From: an uncultured Gemmatimonadales bacterium | GTDB taxonomy: Bacteria > Gemmatimonadota > Gemmatimonadetes > Longimicrobiales > RSA9 | DNA length: 64,000 nt | Assembly: GCA_963798085.1 (NCBI GenBank) | Contig: CAWCRS010000005.1 | Span: forward strand, 448,001 to 512,000 | Direction: 5' to 3' | Shown here: positions 21,832-31,781 of the stretch, one piece after another | Numbering within the stretch: position 1 is the first letter of the stretch | Layout of the letters: each line of letters starts with the position of its first letter | The notes under the pieces: model-generated | What the model was told of the DNA's origin: nothing | What the model saw: the letters and a program-made list of their open reading frames with translations, nothing else | Databases searched by the model: none | Translations under genes and position numbers: made by a program

Positions 21832-22200
21832 GCACCACAAACTGTCGATTCAGGCGACGACGGGTCTTCGAGTGCCGGCGCCTGCGGCGGGTGTTTCGGT
21901 CTGATCGTGCTCCGGGACCAGCCTGGATCATCGTACTCCCGTGTTTCGAACGGATCCCATGTGTGCCGGCTCTTTGGGCCGTGGGTAAGGCAGGAGCCGT
22001 GCCGACCAGCGTATGCCTTTGTACCGGGCACGGCGAACGTGCTTTGCGCCTGTTTCCTGCTTCCCGTTGATGCGCGCCGGCCACAAGGGTTGACCGGAAG
22101 CGCGCCGGCCGCGGGAGCTGCTCGCGATTCCGCGGCCGGGCTCTACTACCCGCGTTCCAGTCGAATCATCCGTGGCGCGCGCTCTTCACGCGACGAGGTG

Positions 22201-23649
22201 TCATTTTGCGGTGGTGAAGGAGAGGATACCACCGTGGGGATCGGTGCCCTCTGTGTTGGCGGATGCCCTGATCTCGAAGTAGTACGTGGTGCCAGGAAGC
22301 AGGCCTGCGATTGGAATAGCCCACTCGCTTGCACCGAACGCCGGGTCGCCCAAGCCATTGACGAATATCTCACGAGTGTTCGGCCCATACACGTCGGGTT
22401 CGGTGCCAAGAAAGAACATGACGAGATGCATATCGCCTGTGGTTGATCCTCTGAGCGTGGCAGTAGTGTTTCCTATGTTCGTTGCTGGCCGTGTATGAGC
22501 GTCGGGGAATCCGGAGTGGATGCTTAGATATTCGATCGGCAAGCTGACTTGTGCTACGCCGGGTGTGGTTGAGCCAACGTCAACATGAGCAAACCACCGA
22601 CCCGGGAAGCAACCCGCGGCGGTCGCGTTGCGCCATTCCAGAATGAGCTTTGTTGGAGTCGTGCTGTCAACGACTGTAGCCGCGAAGCCCAGCCAGCCTT
22701 CGTTGAAACATGGGTCGATGAAAACGACCTCAGCAGTCAGGCCGCCGATCGGTCGTCCAGAACTCGTAACCAGGATCGTATCTGCATCCGGCAGGAACCT
22801 CCGCGATGCCGAATCGAACCACCAATAGTTGTCCCAATGCTCTCGATAAAGGGACGCCGGTGTCAGAATCAGATGCGGCGGTATTGCCGCAAACTCTGCG
22901 GTCACGGCCGCCTCCGCAGTGAGCGCCAGCGGGCAGGAGCCCGGTCCCTGACACGCGCCGGTCCAGCCGGTGAACGTCGAACCGTCGGCGGGTTTCGCGG
23001 TGAGTGTAACGAGCGTGCCGTCGTCGAAGTTCCTGTGGCAGTCGCCGGTTGCCACCCCGGCGGTAAGTGTGCAGGCAATGCCTGCGGGACTCGAGGCGAC
23101 ACTGCCCGAGCCGGTGCCGGCGCCCGTCACGGTCAGCGTGTGGTGCGGCCGGCCGCGGATGTCGAACTCGGCGGTGACGACAACCGGCGAGGTGATGGGG
23201 AACTGACACGGTGTCATGCCGGTGCACGGGCCGCTCCAGCCACCGAAGATGGAACCGGACAGCGCATCGGACTTGAGCACGACGACGGTCCCGCTGTCCA
23301 CATCCACGAAGCAGCTGTCGGGTGCATTGCCCTTCGTGATGCTGCAGTTGAAGCCGAGCGGTCTGGAGCTGACCACGCCCGAGCCGCTGCCGTCGCCCCT
23401 CACGCGCAAGCGGAAACGCGTGGCGTGCCCATCCTTTCCGGCGGCGACGTCCATGACGAGTCCGGTCCGGTCCGAACCGGTTGCGCCGGGCTCGCACGCG
23501 GCGGCGAGCAGGAGAAGCGAAAGAACAGAGCGACAGGCTGCTCCGCGTCGAGCAACGGTTTTCGTCCGCATTGAATGGCTCCCGGGAAGAGGCACGGCGG
23601 TGGATGCCGGCATCGCGATGCTGCGCCGGCACGCGGAGCAAGTATGCAT
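22201..23649 (-). CDS. Putative lipoprotein with two divergent InlB-B-type repeats and a C-terminal Ig/FN3-like region (paralogue 1)
   Basis: LLLLAAAC lipobox; repeats G.GSG.V.S.P.G..C...V.L.A....GS.F.GW.G.C; ends GLLPGTTYYF...SFTT; start uncertain. Confidence 0.7.
   Translation of the reverse strand: MHTCSACRRSIAMPASTAVPLPGSHSMRTKTVARRGAACRSVLSLLLLAAACEPGATGSDRTGLVMDVAAGKDGHATRFRLRVRGDGSGSGVVSSRPLGFNCSITKGNAPDSCFVDVDSGTVVVLKSDALSGSIFGGWSGPCTGMTPCQFPITSPVVVTAEFDIRGRPHHTLTVTGAGTGSGSVASSPAGIACTLTAGVATGDCHRNFDDGTLVTLTAKPADGSTFTGWTGACQGPGSCPLALTAEAAVTAEFAAIPPHLILTPASLYREHWDNYWWFDSASRRFLPDADTILVTSSGRPIGGLTAEVVFIDPCFNEGWLGFAATVVDSTTPTKLILEWRNATAAGCFPGRWFAHVDVGSTTPGVAQVSLPIEYLSIHSGFPDAHTRPATNIGNTTATLRGSTTGDMHLVMFFLGTEPDVYGPNTREIFVNGLGDPAFGASEWAIPIAGLLPGTTYYFEIRASANTEGTDPHGGILSFTTAK
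22913..23631. repeat. Direct repeat copy 1 (about 720 bp), near-identical to 24655-25373
   Basis: Constant offset of 1742 bp; about a dozen substitutions by eye. Confidence 0.9.
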
Positions 23650-23936
23650 GATACCACTGACAGTGACGTGCTGAAGGTGCCCGTCGCGGTGTGTCCGCTG
23701 CTCGAGCGAGGCGCCGCCTGATTGCCCGAGGCTCCATTTCTCGGGCTGCTCGACACGTCAACCCGGAACTTCCTAACTATGCATTGCGGCCCGGTCGCAG
23801 CACCGACCCGCGGCCCGCTTGCGCTCACCACATTGCGTTGAACGCACACACGCCGGCCGCAGGACCTCACGATCCCGCGGCCGGCCTCCATCTACGGCCG
23901 TGGTGCTACGGATTCACCGCTGAGCTCCAGTGTGGG

Positions 23937-25394
23937 TTATCTGGGCGTCGTGAATGAGAGAACGCCGCCGAGAATCGCAGGCGACACGAACTCGAAGTTG
24001 ATGTACGCAAGAATCTGAAAGTAATAGCGTGTGTCCGGCGCGAGACCGTTGATTGGAATCGACCATTCGCTGTTCCCGAATGCCGGGGCAAATGGATCGG
24101 CAACGTTGATGTAACGACCAACGCCCCATGCGACGTCTGTCGAGTCGGTACCGATGATGAACCACACAGTGTGCATCTGGCCGCCGGTGGATCCGCGCAA
24201 CGTGGCGGATGTTGTGCCGATGCTGGTAGCGGGCCGCGTATTCGCTTCTGGAGCCTGTGAGCGGATCACAGCAAGCGTGATGGGGAGACTGACCGGCAGT
24301 ACGCCGGGTTCTGTCGATTCTACGTCGAAGCGGCCGGGCCATGTTGAGGCCGGGCAGCCATCATCAGCGGTTCCCCAATTCATGATGATCCGGGCTGGAG
24401 TAACGGTGTCGGCGAGAAAACCGCTCACACCGAGCCAGCCCTCGAAAAAGCAGGAATCCAGCACGAGGAACTGGCCAGATAATCCGCGAATCGGTCGGCC
24501 TGAGCTGGTGACCAGGATAGTGTCAGAATTCGGCAGGAAGGTTCGTGTGGCAGAATCGAACCACCATTCATGATCCCAGTTCTCTCGACGCAGCGATGTT
24601 CGACTGATGATCAGCCTCGGCGGAATCTCCGCGAACTCTGCGGTGATGGCTGCGTCCGCAGTGAGCGCCAGCGGGCAGGAGCCCGGTCCCTGACACGCGC
24701 CGGTCCAGCCGGTGAACGTCGAACCGTCGGCGGGTTTGGCGGTGAGTGTAACGAGCGTGCCGTCGTCGAAGTTCCTGTGGCAGTCACCGGTTGCCGCCCC
24801 GGCGGCAAGTGTGCAGGCAATGCCTGCGGGACTCGAGGCGACACTGCCCGAGCCGGTGCCGGCGCCCGTCACGGTCAGCGTGTGGTGCGGCCGGCCGCGG
24901 ATGTCGAACTCGGCGGTGACGACAACCGGCGAGGTGATGGGGAACTGACACGGCGTCATGCCGGTGCACGGGCCGCTCCAGGCACCGAAGATGGAACCGG
25001 ACAGCGCATCGGACTTGAGCACGACGACGGTCCCGCTGTCCACATCCACGAAGCAGCTGTCGGGTGCATTGCCCTTCGTGATGCTGCAGTTGAAGCCGAG
25101 CGGTCTGGAGCTGGCCACGCCCGAGCCGCTGCCGTCGCCTTTCACACGCAAGCGGAAACGCGTGGCGTGCCCATCCTTTCCGGCGGCGACGTCCATGACC
25201 AGTCCGGTCCGGTCCGAACCGGTTGCGCCGGGCTCGCACGCGGCGGCGAGCAGGAGAAGCGAAAGAACAGAGCGACAGGCTGCTCCGCGTCGAGCAACGG
25301 TTTTCGTCCGCATTGAATGGCTCCCGGGAAGAGGCACGGCGGTGGATGCCGGCATCGCGATGCTGCGCCGGCAGGGCATCAGTATGCGTGTCAC
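23937..25394 (-). CDS. Putative lipoprotein, paralogue 2 of 22201-23649
   Basis: Same lipobox and repeats; divergent C-terminal half ending GLAPDTRYYF...SFTT. Confidence 0.7.
   Translation of the reverse strand: MTRILMPCRRSIAMPASTAVPLPGSHSMRTKTVARRGAACRSVLSLLLLAAACEPGATGSDRTGLVMDVAAGKDGHATRFRLRVKGDGSGSGVASSRPLGFNCSITKGNAPDSCFVDVDSGTVVVLKSDALSGSIFGAWSGPCTGMTPCQFPITSPVVVTAEFDIRGRPHHTLTVTGAGTGSGSVASSPAGIACTLAAGAATGDCHRNFDDGTLVTLTAKPADGSTFTGWTGACQGPGSCPLALTADAAITAEFAEIPPRLIISRTSLRRENWDHEWWFDSATRTFLPNSDTILVTSSGRPIRGLSGQFLVLDSCFFEGWLGVSGFLADTVTPARIIMNWGTADDGCPASTWPGRFDVESTEPGVLPVSLPITLAVIRSQAPEANTRPATSIGTTSATLRGSTGGQMHTVWFIIGTDSTDVAWGVGRYINVADPFAPAFGNSEWSIPINGLAPDTRYYFQILAYINFEFVSPAILGGVLSFTTPR
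24655..25373. repeat. Direct repeat copy 2
   Basis: Matches 22913-23631. Confidence 0.9.
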
Positions 25395-25479
25395 CAGTGA
25401 CAGTCACGGCTGGCGCAATTCGCGGTTCGGCGCGGTCCCGGCCTCGCCCGGCGGCTGCGAAACGGATTAGATTCGGAGC

Positions 25480-26640
25480 ATGTCGAAGCTCGACTCGAAC
25501 AGGCGCTCCGGTCTGCCGGACAGCGCGTTCGCCTACATCGACTCCCGCGGCAAACGCCGCCTGCCGATCAACGACGAGGCGCACGTGCGCAATGCGCTCT
25601 CGCGATTCAACCAGGTCCGGTTCGAGAGCGAGAAGGCGCGCGAGAAGGCACGCAAGCGGCTGCTCAATGCGGCCAAGAAGTTCGGCATCATGCCGGTCGG
25701 CTTCATCACGGGACAGCTCGAAACCGAGCGCAAGCACGCGACGGCGGGACGGCTGGTGATCGAACTGGGCCGGTACGGCGCGCCGGGCGAGCTGGAACAG
25801 CGGCTGCGCAGTGTGCTGCGTGACCCGACACTGTCGGTGCTGCACTGGTCGGATGCGGCGGGCGCGTACCTGAACAGTTCGGGCAGGCCGGTGTCGCTGC
25901 CCGCGGAGAGTGACGCCACGGCCGTGACGTACCTCGAGCGTGCCGGACACCCGGCGACGGCGCTGGTACACGATCCGGCCCTCCTCAACGATGCGGATAT
26001 TGCGCAGACCGTGCTCGCCGCGGTGCGTTTCGTGGTGGGAAACGATCTCGCCTACCGGCGCGAGAACGCCGAGGCCACGGATGCGGCCGCCCTGCCTACC
26101 GGCTTCCTGACGATGATGATGACGGACATCGAATCGTCGACTTCACTGCTGCACCGGCTGGGCAACCGCTATCGCGACCTGCTGAACGACGTGCGCCAGA
26201 TCCTGCGCGCTGCGGCGAGCAGCGCAGGCGGGCGCGAGGTGGATGTGCGGGCGGACGAGTTCTTTGCGGTGTTCGATCAGGCGGCGCAGGCCGTGAGCGC
26301 AGCGGTGGCGGTGCAGCGCATTGTGCTCGAGCGCACCTGGCCGGAGCAGCTCGCGGTGCGCGTGCGCGTGGGCATCCACAGCGGCGTGCCCACACTCACG
26401 GACGTGGGCTACATTGGCATGGCGGTACACACCGCGGCGCGTGTCTGCTCGGCGGCGCGCGGCGGCCAGATCGTGCTGTCCGGTGATGCCGTGGCGGCGC
26501 TGGGCGAGTCTCTGCCCGCGGGTGTGCGCGCGAGCAGTCTGGGCCCGCACCGTCTGGCGGGACTGCCCGAGATTACCGCTCTCTACCAGATCGAGGCCGA
26601 CGGGCTGCGACTGCCCGACGCGGAGACACCCGCCGGCTGA
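25480..26640 (+). CDS. Class III adenylate/guanylate cyclase with an N-terminal DUF6582-like domain
   Basis: TDIESST, ADEFFAVF, VRVGIHSG, VHTAARV; N-terminus LPDSAFAY...LPINDEAHVRNALSRFNQ. Confidence 0.8.
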   Translation: MSKLDSNRRSGLPDSAFAYIDSRGKRRLPINDEAHVRNALSRFNQVRFESEKAREKARKRLLNAAKKFGIMPVGFITGQLETERKHATAGRLVIELGRYGAPGELEQRLRSVLRDPTLSVLHWSDAAGAYLNSSGRPVSLPAESDATAVTYLERAGHPATALVHDPALLNDADIAQTVLAAVRFVVGNDLAYRRENAEATDAAALPTGFLTMMMTDIESSTSLLHRLGNRYRDLLNDVRQILRAAASSAGGREVDVRADEFFAVFDQAAQAVSAAVAVQRIVLERTWPEQLAVRVRVGIHSGVPTLTDVGYIGMAVHTAARVCSAARGGQIVLSGDAVAALGESLPAGVRASSLGPHRLAGLPEITALYQIEADGLRLPDAETPAG

Positions 26641-26764
26641 CTAACAGCGAATTGCGAGCGCGCGCGCAGGCTCGCCCATGGCTTCCGGACACGAACGGGC
26701 GAGGGCCCGCGGCCTGCTGCCCGCGGAGCCCTCTCCTCTTGCCTGCCGCCGGCGCGCTGCCGAG

Positions 26765-26900
26765 TCAGCGCCGGAAATACCCATTGGTCAGGGTCTTCAG
26801 GAAGGCGACGACGGCGGCTTCCTGGTCGGCGTGAGACCCAGGTCGCCCAGCTCATCGACGTTCACGTTCGCCCGCACCTCGGGCGACGTTCCCAGCATGT
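26765..26900 (-). pseudogene. Remnant resembling the C-terminus of a di-heme cytochrome c peroxidase
   Basis: PEVRANVNVDELGDLGLT/DQEAAVVAFLKTLTNGYF* across a frameshift; no recognisable upstream body. Confidence 0.5.
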
Positions 26901-27279
26901 AACACCCTGTTTGGACGAAGCCACCGCGGCGCATCGCGCACGGCAGGGTTCGGCATGTTCCGGTCAGGGCAAGCGGCCCATTGCAGGGAGAGCACCAGGG
27001 TCTTGCCGTACGGTGACAACTCCGGGATCGGGCGGGGCGGCGATCGGCGAAGTCGCTGACGGCCCGCGTTGTGCGCGAAGCGCACCAGTGGGCGCCGTCC
27101 CGCTGGCACGGCACAGCCGCAGCGGATGAAGGTCAGCGCTCCGTCAGGAGAGGGCGCATGGAATGGGAGAGACCTGTGCGGGCAGGCGCGCTGCCGGTGG
27201 TGACCTGCCTCGGCCTGCTCCATGTCGAGATGAGCCGGTTCCGCGGGGTCACACACACAGGCGCGGATGGGATTCCCCG

Positions 27280-27343
27280 GCCATCGATGCGTACGTCGGC
27301 GCGCGCATGCGGTCCTCGCGCATTCCCGGGGCTGGCCCTGGCG
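27280..27343 (+). pseudogene. Short remnant resembling the N-terminus of a beta-lactamase-family serine hydrolase
   Basis: AIDAYVGARMRSSRIPG(L)ALA, then homology stops. Confidence 0.4.
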
Positions 27344-27472
27344 GGCGCTTTACGTTCTCCATGTCGAAATCGAGGCCATTGCTTCGTCGGGATGGTGAGG
27401 ACGCGCGCGGATCGTTCCGGCGCTCGTCGCTTGAGAACTGTTCGTTCACTCGAAATACAGGAGACCCGACCG

Positions 27473-27832
27473 ATGAAATTCCTGATGCTGATCAAGCACG
27501 CCGAGAGCTACCGATCCGAGCCGATTCCCCAGGGGCTGAACCATGCGATGGGTGTCTTCGTCGAGCAGTCGTTCAAGAGCGGTGTGCTCAAGGACACGGC
27601 GGGTCTCAAGCCAACGAGCGAAGGCTTTCGCGTCGGCTCCTCGGGTGGCAGGCTGACCGTGACGGACGGCCCGTTCGCCGAATCGAAGGAACTGGTGGGC
27701 GGATACGCGCTGGTGGAGGTTCCCACCCGGGAGGATGCGCTGCGGGTCGCGCGCGACTTCATGGAATTGCACCGCGTGCACTGGCCCGCGTTCGAAGGCA
27801 TCTGCGAGGTCAGGCCGGTCGAGGACATGTAG
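27473..27832 (+). CDS. YciI/DGPF-family protein
   Basis: MKFLMLI, VTDGPFAESKELVGGY, CEVRPV; AGGAG RBS. Confidence 0.9.
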   Translation: MKFLMLIKHAESYRSEPIPQGLNHAMGVFVEQSFKSGVLKDTAGLKPTSEGFRVGSSGGRLTVTDGPFAESKELVGGYALVEVPTREDALRVARDFMELHRVHWPAFEGICEVRPVEDM

Positions 27833-27844
27833 GAACGGAGGCGA

Positions 27845-27880
27845 CGAGGCTCCACCGCAGTGATCCGCGGTGGAGCCTCG
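27845..27880. terminator. Hairpin between the convergent yciI-like gene and tRNA-Gly
   Basis: CGAGGCTCCACCGC...GCGGTGGAGCCTCG, 14-bp stem. Confidence 0.7.
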
Positions 27881-27890
27881 GGTCATGAAG

Positions 27891-27964
27891 AGCGGGCGAT
27901 GGGATTCGAACCCACGACCCTCAGCTTGGAAGGCTGATGCTCTAGCCAACTGAGCTACGCCCGC
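27891..27964 (-). tRNA. tRNA-Gly (anticodon TCC), CCA not encoded
   Basis: GCGGGCGTAGCTCAGTTGGCTAGAGCATCAGCCTTCCAAGCTGAGGGTCGTGGGTTCGAATCCCATCGCCCGCT folds as a cloverleaf with GTTCGAATCC T-loop. Confidence 0.95.
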
Positions 27965-28251
27965 GCTGACGAGCCATCAGGATAACGGTAGCGCATCACC
28001 GCGATCAAGCCGCTGGGGCCTCTCCCGTCCGACAGATTGCGCCGCACCACTGCTTCCGAGCCCTGCAATCCGGGCCGGCTGCGGGATGGCGACATACCAC
28101 CAGATTCCTGCCCCGCCCTGCGGTCGACTCCGGCACGTGCACGAGCGATAACGCTCGTTACACCATCCTCACACTTGAGCCATGGCGCTGGCACCGCGGA
28201 GTTCTAGTTTCGCGCTGCAGCGCGAAAGACCAGACAGCAAGGAGCCGGCGA

Positions 28252-31191
28252 GTGAGCGCATCAGGAATCTCCGGGGGCAGGGCTGGGCCTGGGGCTGGTT
28301 CAACGGATTCTTCGACGGCGCGGGGCGCGGGCGAGCGGCGGCGAGGCAATTGCCCCGTTCCATGGCGCCGCGGAACCGGTTGCGCGGAGGCTGTCGTTTT
28401 GAGAGCAGCCACGTTCGGCCCGAGATGGAGGAGCGGCCTGGTATTGACGGGTTTGCTGATCGGGCTGGCCGCGTGCAGCCAGCCGGTGTGGATCGCTACG
28501 GCACCGGCTGACACCGCCTACACGACCGTCGACGACGGCGGCAGGACCGTGTTGCCCAACGGCCGCGTGCTGACGCCGCGTGGGCGACAGATCGAGGTAG
28601 CGCCGCACCCGTACGGCCTGGTGCTCAGCCGGGACGGGCAGGTCGCGGTGACGGCCAACTCGGGCGTCCGGCCCTTCTCGATCTCGATTCTGCGGGGAAT
28701 CGCGACCGAGCACCCCGAGGTCCAGCAGGTTCCACCCGACGCGGCGGGCGACAAGGGGGTTCTCGAATCGGTCTTCATGGGACTGGCGCTCTCGCCTGAC
28801 GGCCGGCTCGTCTACGTCGGCGGCGGACAGGAAGGCGCGATCGTGGTGTTCGATGCGGCGAGCGGCAAGCGTGTCGGAGAGATCGACTGCAACGTGACGG
28901 CGAGCGGCCGGCAGTACGAGGACAGCTACATTGGGGACCTCGTGCTGACCCGCGACGGGAGCACGCTCTACGCCGTCGACCAGACCAACTTCCGCATGAT
29001 CATCGCCTCGACCACCCGCCGTACGGTGGAATCGAGCATACCCGTGGGGCGCTACCCGTTCGGGATCACGCTCACGCCGGACGAGCAGCGCGTGTACGTC
29101 GCGAACGCGGGCCAGTACCAGTACTCGGCGGTCGAGCCGCTCACGGACAGCGCCAGGGCAGCGCGGGGTCTGGCCTTCCCTGCCTTCTCGAACGGCACAC
29201 GCGAAGCGGCGGAGGGCGTGGCAAAGGATGGGTACCAAATTCCCGGCCTGGGTGAGGCGAACGCGCCGGAAGCGTTCTCGGTCTGGGGCGTGGACGTGCA
29301 CGATCCGGCCAGCGCTCACGTGGTGTCGCGCATCAAGACGGGAATCCTGGTGGGTCAGCCCATCGAGGGTGTGCCGGCGGTCGGTGGATCGAGCCCCAAC
29401 TCGGTGGTCTCGACTGCGGACCGCGTATTCGTGAGCAACGGCAACAACGACCGCATCTCCGTGATCGACATCACAGGCGATTCGGTGGTTGCCGACATCG
29501 TGCTTCACGTGGACGACCGCCTTGGCCATCTGCGCGGCGTGATCCCCTTCGGGCTGGCGCTGTCCCCGGACGGAACGCGTTTGTATGTGGCCGAAGCGGG
29601 CATCAATGCGGTCGGTGTGATCAATGTGGCCACGCGGCGCGTGCTGGGCCACATCCCGGTGGGCTGGTTTCCCAGCAAGCTGGCGGTGACGCCGGATGGA
29701 CGATCACTGGTCGTCGCCAACGCCAAGGGCAGGGGCAGCGGACCGAACGGCGGAGCGCAGTTCGCCAGCAGCCCTGCGGGCAGCTACATCGGCAATCTCA
29801 TGCGGGGCACGGTTTCCGTGCTCACGATCCCGCCGGACAGCGCGCTCGACAGCGAGACCGCGCAGGTGATGCGGAACAATTTTCGTTTCCGCCAATCGGA
29901 CGACCCAGCGTTCCGGCGCTCGCCGGACAACAGCCCGATTCCGCTGTATCCCGGCGAGTTTTCGTCGACGATCCAGCACCTGGTGTTCATTACGAAGGAG
30001 AACCGGACGTTCGACGAGGTGCTGGGCCAGGCGGCCGGCGCACGCGGAGATCCGTCGCTGGCCCGGTTCGGGCGAGGCGTAACCGTGCGCAACAGGAAAG
30101 GAACCGCCAGCGCTTCGGGAATCACGGTAATGCCCAACCACCTGGCGCTGGCCGCGCGCTTCGCCATCGCGGACAACTTCTACTGCGATTCCGACGTTTC
30201 CGCGGATGGCCACCGCTGGCTGGCCGGCACGTTTCCCAACGAATGGGTGGAAGCGAACACGCCCGCGGCGTACGGCGGCGGCAGGAAGCTGCACTGGCCC
30301 AGCACGGCTCCCGGCATGCCGGCGCTGGTGGGATCATCCGCCGCGATCTACCCCGAGGACTACAACGAAGCGGGCTCGATCTGGGACCAGTTCGACCGTC
30401 ACAGCGTTACCTACTTCAACTTCGGGTTAGGATTCGAGTTCGCGGGCGGAGTCGAGGATGAGAGCTTCCGCCATACCGGCATCCGCATCCCGTTCAACTA
30501 CCCGATGCCCGGTTCGCTGCTCGACCACACATCCCGTCAGTTCGCGACCTTCAACATGGGTGTGCCGGACCAGTACCGCGCGGACATGTTCATCCACGAG
30601 TTCACCGAGCGATGGCTGGGCGAGGGCAAGACCATGCCCGCAGTGATCACGATGATGTTGCCCAACGACCACGGCGCGGACGAACGGCCGGCGGCAGGAT
30701 ACCCGTTCCTCGAGAGCTACATGGCCGATAACGATCTGGCGCTCGGTCGCGTGGTCGAATTCCTGTCGCACACACCGTACTGGCAGCATATGGCGATCGT
30801 CGTCACGGAAGACGATCCGCAGGGTGGCGTGGACCACGTGGACGCGCATCGCAGCATCCTCATGGTGATCTCGCCCTTTGCCCGGACCGGATACGTGGGG
30901 CGGGTTCACTACAGCTTCGGCAGCATCATGAAGACGTTCTGGAACGTGCTCGGTGTGCCCTACCTCAACCAGTACGACTTCGGCGCCAGCGACCTGGCCG
31001 ATCTCTTCACGACGACACCGGATGCGACGGCATACACCGCGTTAGCGGCGGACTCGCGCATCTTCGATCCGCGCCTGGCGCTGGAGCCCTCCGACCCGAA
31101 CTTCGACTGGAAGGCGGTCGCGAATTCACCGCGCCTGGATGACGTCGAAGACATGCAACGGATGGCAGCGGAGAAGGACAAACGGCGCTGA
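28252..31191 (+). CDS. YncE/YVTN beta-propeller plus phosphoesterase (alkaline-phosphatase-like) protein, probable lipoprotein; true start likely near 28425-28445
   Basis: GLAAC lipobox, IPVG.YP repeats, KENRTFDEVLG, DNFYCDSDVSADGH, LPNDH, EDDPQGGVDHVDAHRS. Confidence 0.85.
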   Translation: MSASGISGGRAGPGAGSTDSSTARGAGERRRGNCPVPWRRGTGCAEAVVLRAATFGPRWRSGLVLTGLLIGLAACSQPVWIATAPADTAYTTVDDGGRTVLPNGRVLTPRGRQIEVAPHPYGLVLSRDGQVAVTANSGVRPFSISILRGIATEHPEVQQVPPDAAGDKGVLESVFMGLALSPDGRLVYVGGGQEGAIVVFDAASGKRVGEIDCNVTASGRQYEDSYIGDLVLTRDGSTLYAVDQTNFRMIIASTTRRTVESSIPVGRYPFGITLTPDEQRVYVANAGQYQYSAVEPLTDSARAARGLAFPAFSNGTREAAEGVAKDGYQIPGLGEANAPEAFSVWGVDVHDPASAHVVSRIKTGILVGQPIEGVPAVGGSSPNSVVSTADRVFVSNGNNDRISVIDITGDSVVADIVLHVDDRLGHLRGVIPFGLALSPDGTRLYVAEAGINAVGVINVATRRVLGHIPVGWFPSKLAVTPDGRSLVVANAKGRGSGPNGGAQFASSPAGSYIGNLMRGTVSVLTIPPDSALDSETAQVMRNNFRFRQSDDPAFRRSPDNSPIPLYPGEFSSTIQHLVFITKENRTFDEVLGQAAGARGDPSLARFGRGVTVRNRKGTASASGITVMPNHLALAARFAIADNFYCDSDVSADGHRWLAGTFPNEWVEANTPAAYGGGRKLHWPSTAPGMPALVGSSAAIYPEDYNEAGSIWDQFDRHSVTYFNFGLGFEFAGGVEDESFRHTGIRIPFNYPMPGSLLDHTSRQFATFNMGVPDQYRADMFIHEFTERWLGEGKTMPAVITMMLPNDHGADERPAAGYPFLESYMADNDLALGRVVEFLSHTPYWQHMAIVVTEDDPQGGVDHVDAHRSILMVISPFARTGYVGRVHYSFGSIMKTFWNVLGVPYLNQYDFGASDLADLFTTTPDATAYTALAADSRIFDPRLALEPSDPNFDWKAVANSPRLDDVEDMQRMAAEKDKRR

Positions 31192-31415
31192 CGAAGGTGT
31201 CCGCCGGCCCACGCGATGCCAAAGCCCGGTGATCGGGTGACGAAGGCCCGGGCCCCGGCCAGCACGGCACGCTGACCGGATCGCCGGCCAGCGCCCACAG
31301 CGCCGGCCCCGTTTCCCAACCAGAGCGGTGCGCGGTTCCGTCGAAGGAGTGGTGGGTGCTGTTGCCATGATTAATCACACGATGTATAAGAAATCGTGTG
31401 CGCTCGAGGAATGCG

Positions 31416-31555
31416 ATGAAGGGACCGCCCACAACGTGGGAGAATTCGAGACGCTGGTCCTGCTGGCGCTCCTGCGCCTGGACAATGACGCCTACGGTAT
31501 GGAGGTACGCGAGGAAATCGAGAAGCGCACCGGGCGCGCGGTCTCCCTCCCCCTG
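31416..31555 (+). pseudogene. Truncated PadR-family regulator
   Basis: GEFETLVLLALLRL..DAYGMEVREEIEKRTGRAVSL, then homology lost before the recognition helix; ATG at 31416 is out of frame. Confidence 0.65.
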
Positions 31556-31781
31556 CCGCGCACTTCGGCACCCGGCGCCGGCGCGCCGCAACACCATGTT
31601 CGCTGTTTCAGCGTGACTCCGTGATGCGACGGATGCCGGTTGTCCGGGAATTGCCGACCCGGAATGGCGGAGTCACCGCTCATGAGGACTGCGCCGGATG
31701 CCCATACTTATGCGCACGGCGCGGTTGTTTACGCGCCGTGCGCAGCAATGATGTCCCCCGCAGACGCGGATCCTGGAATCG

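Noticed and set aside
22201..25394. Diversity-generating retroelement
   Set aside because: No reverse transcriptase in the window, differences are not adenine-specific, and the conserved part is the 5' half
27891..27964. Prophage or integrative element at tRNA-Gly
   Set aside because: No integrase, phage genes or duplicated tRNA 3' end seen; a hairpin directly follows the tRNA
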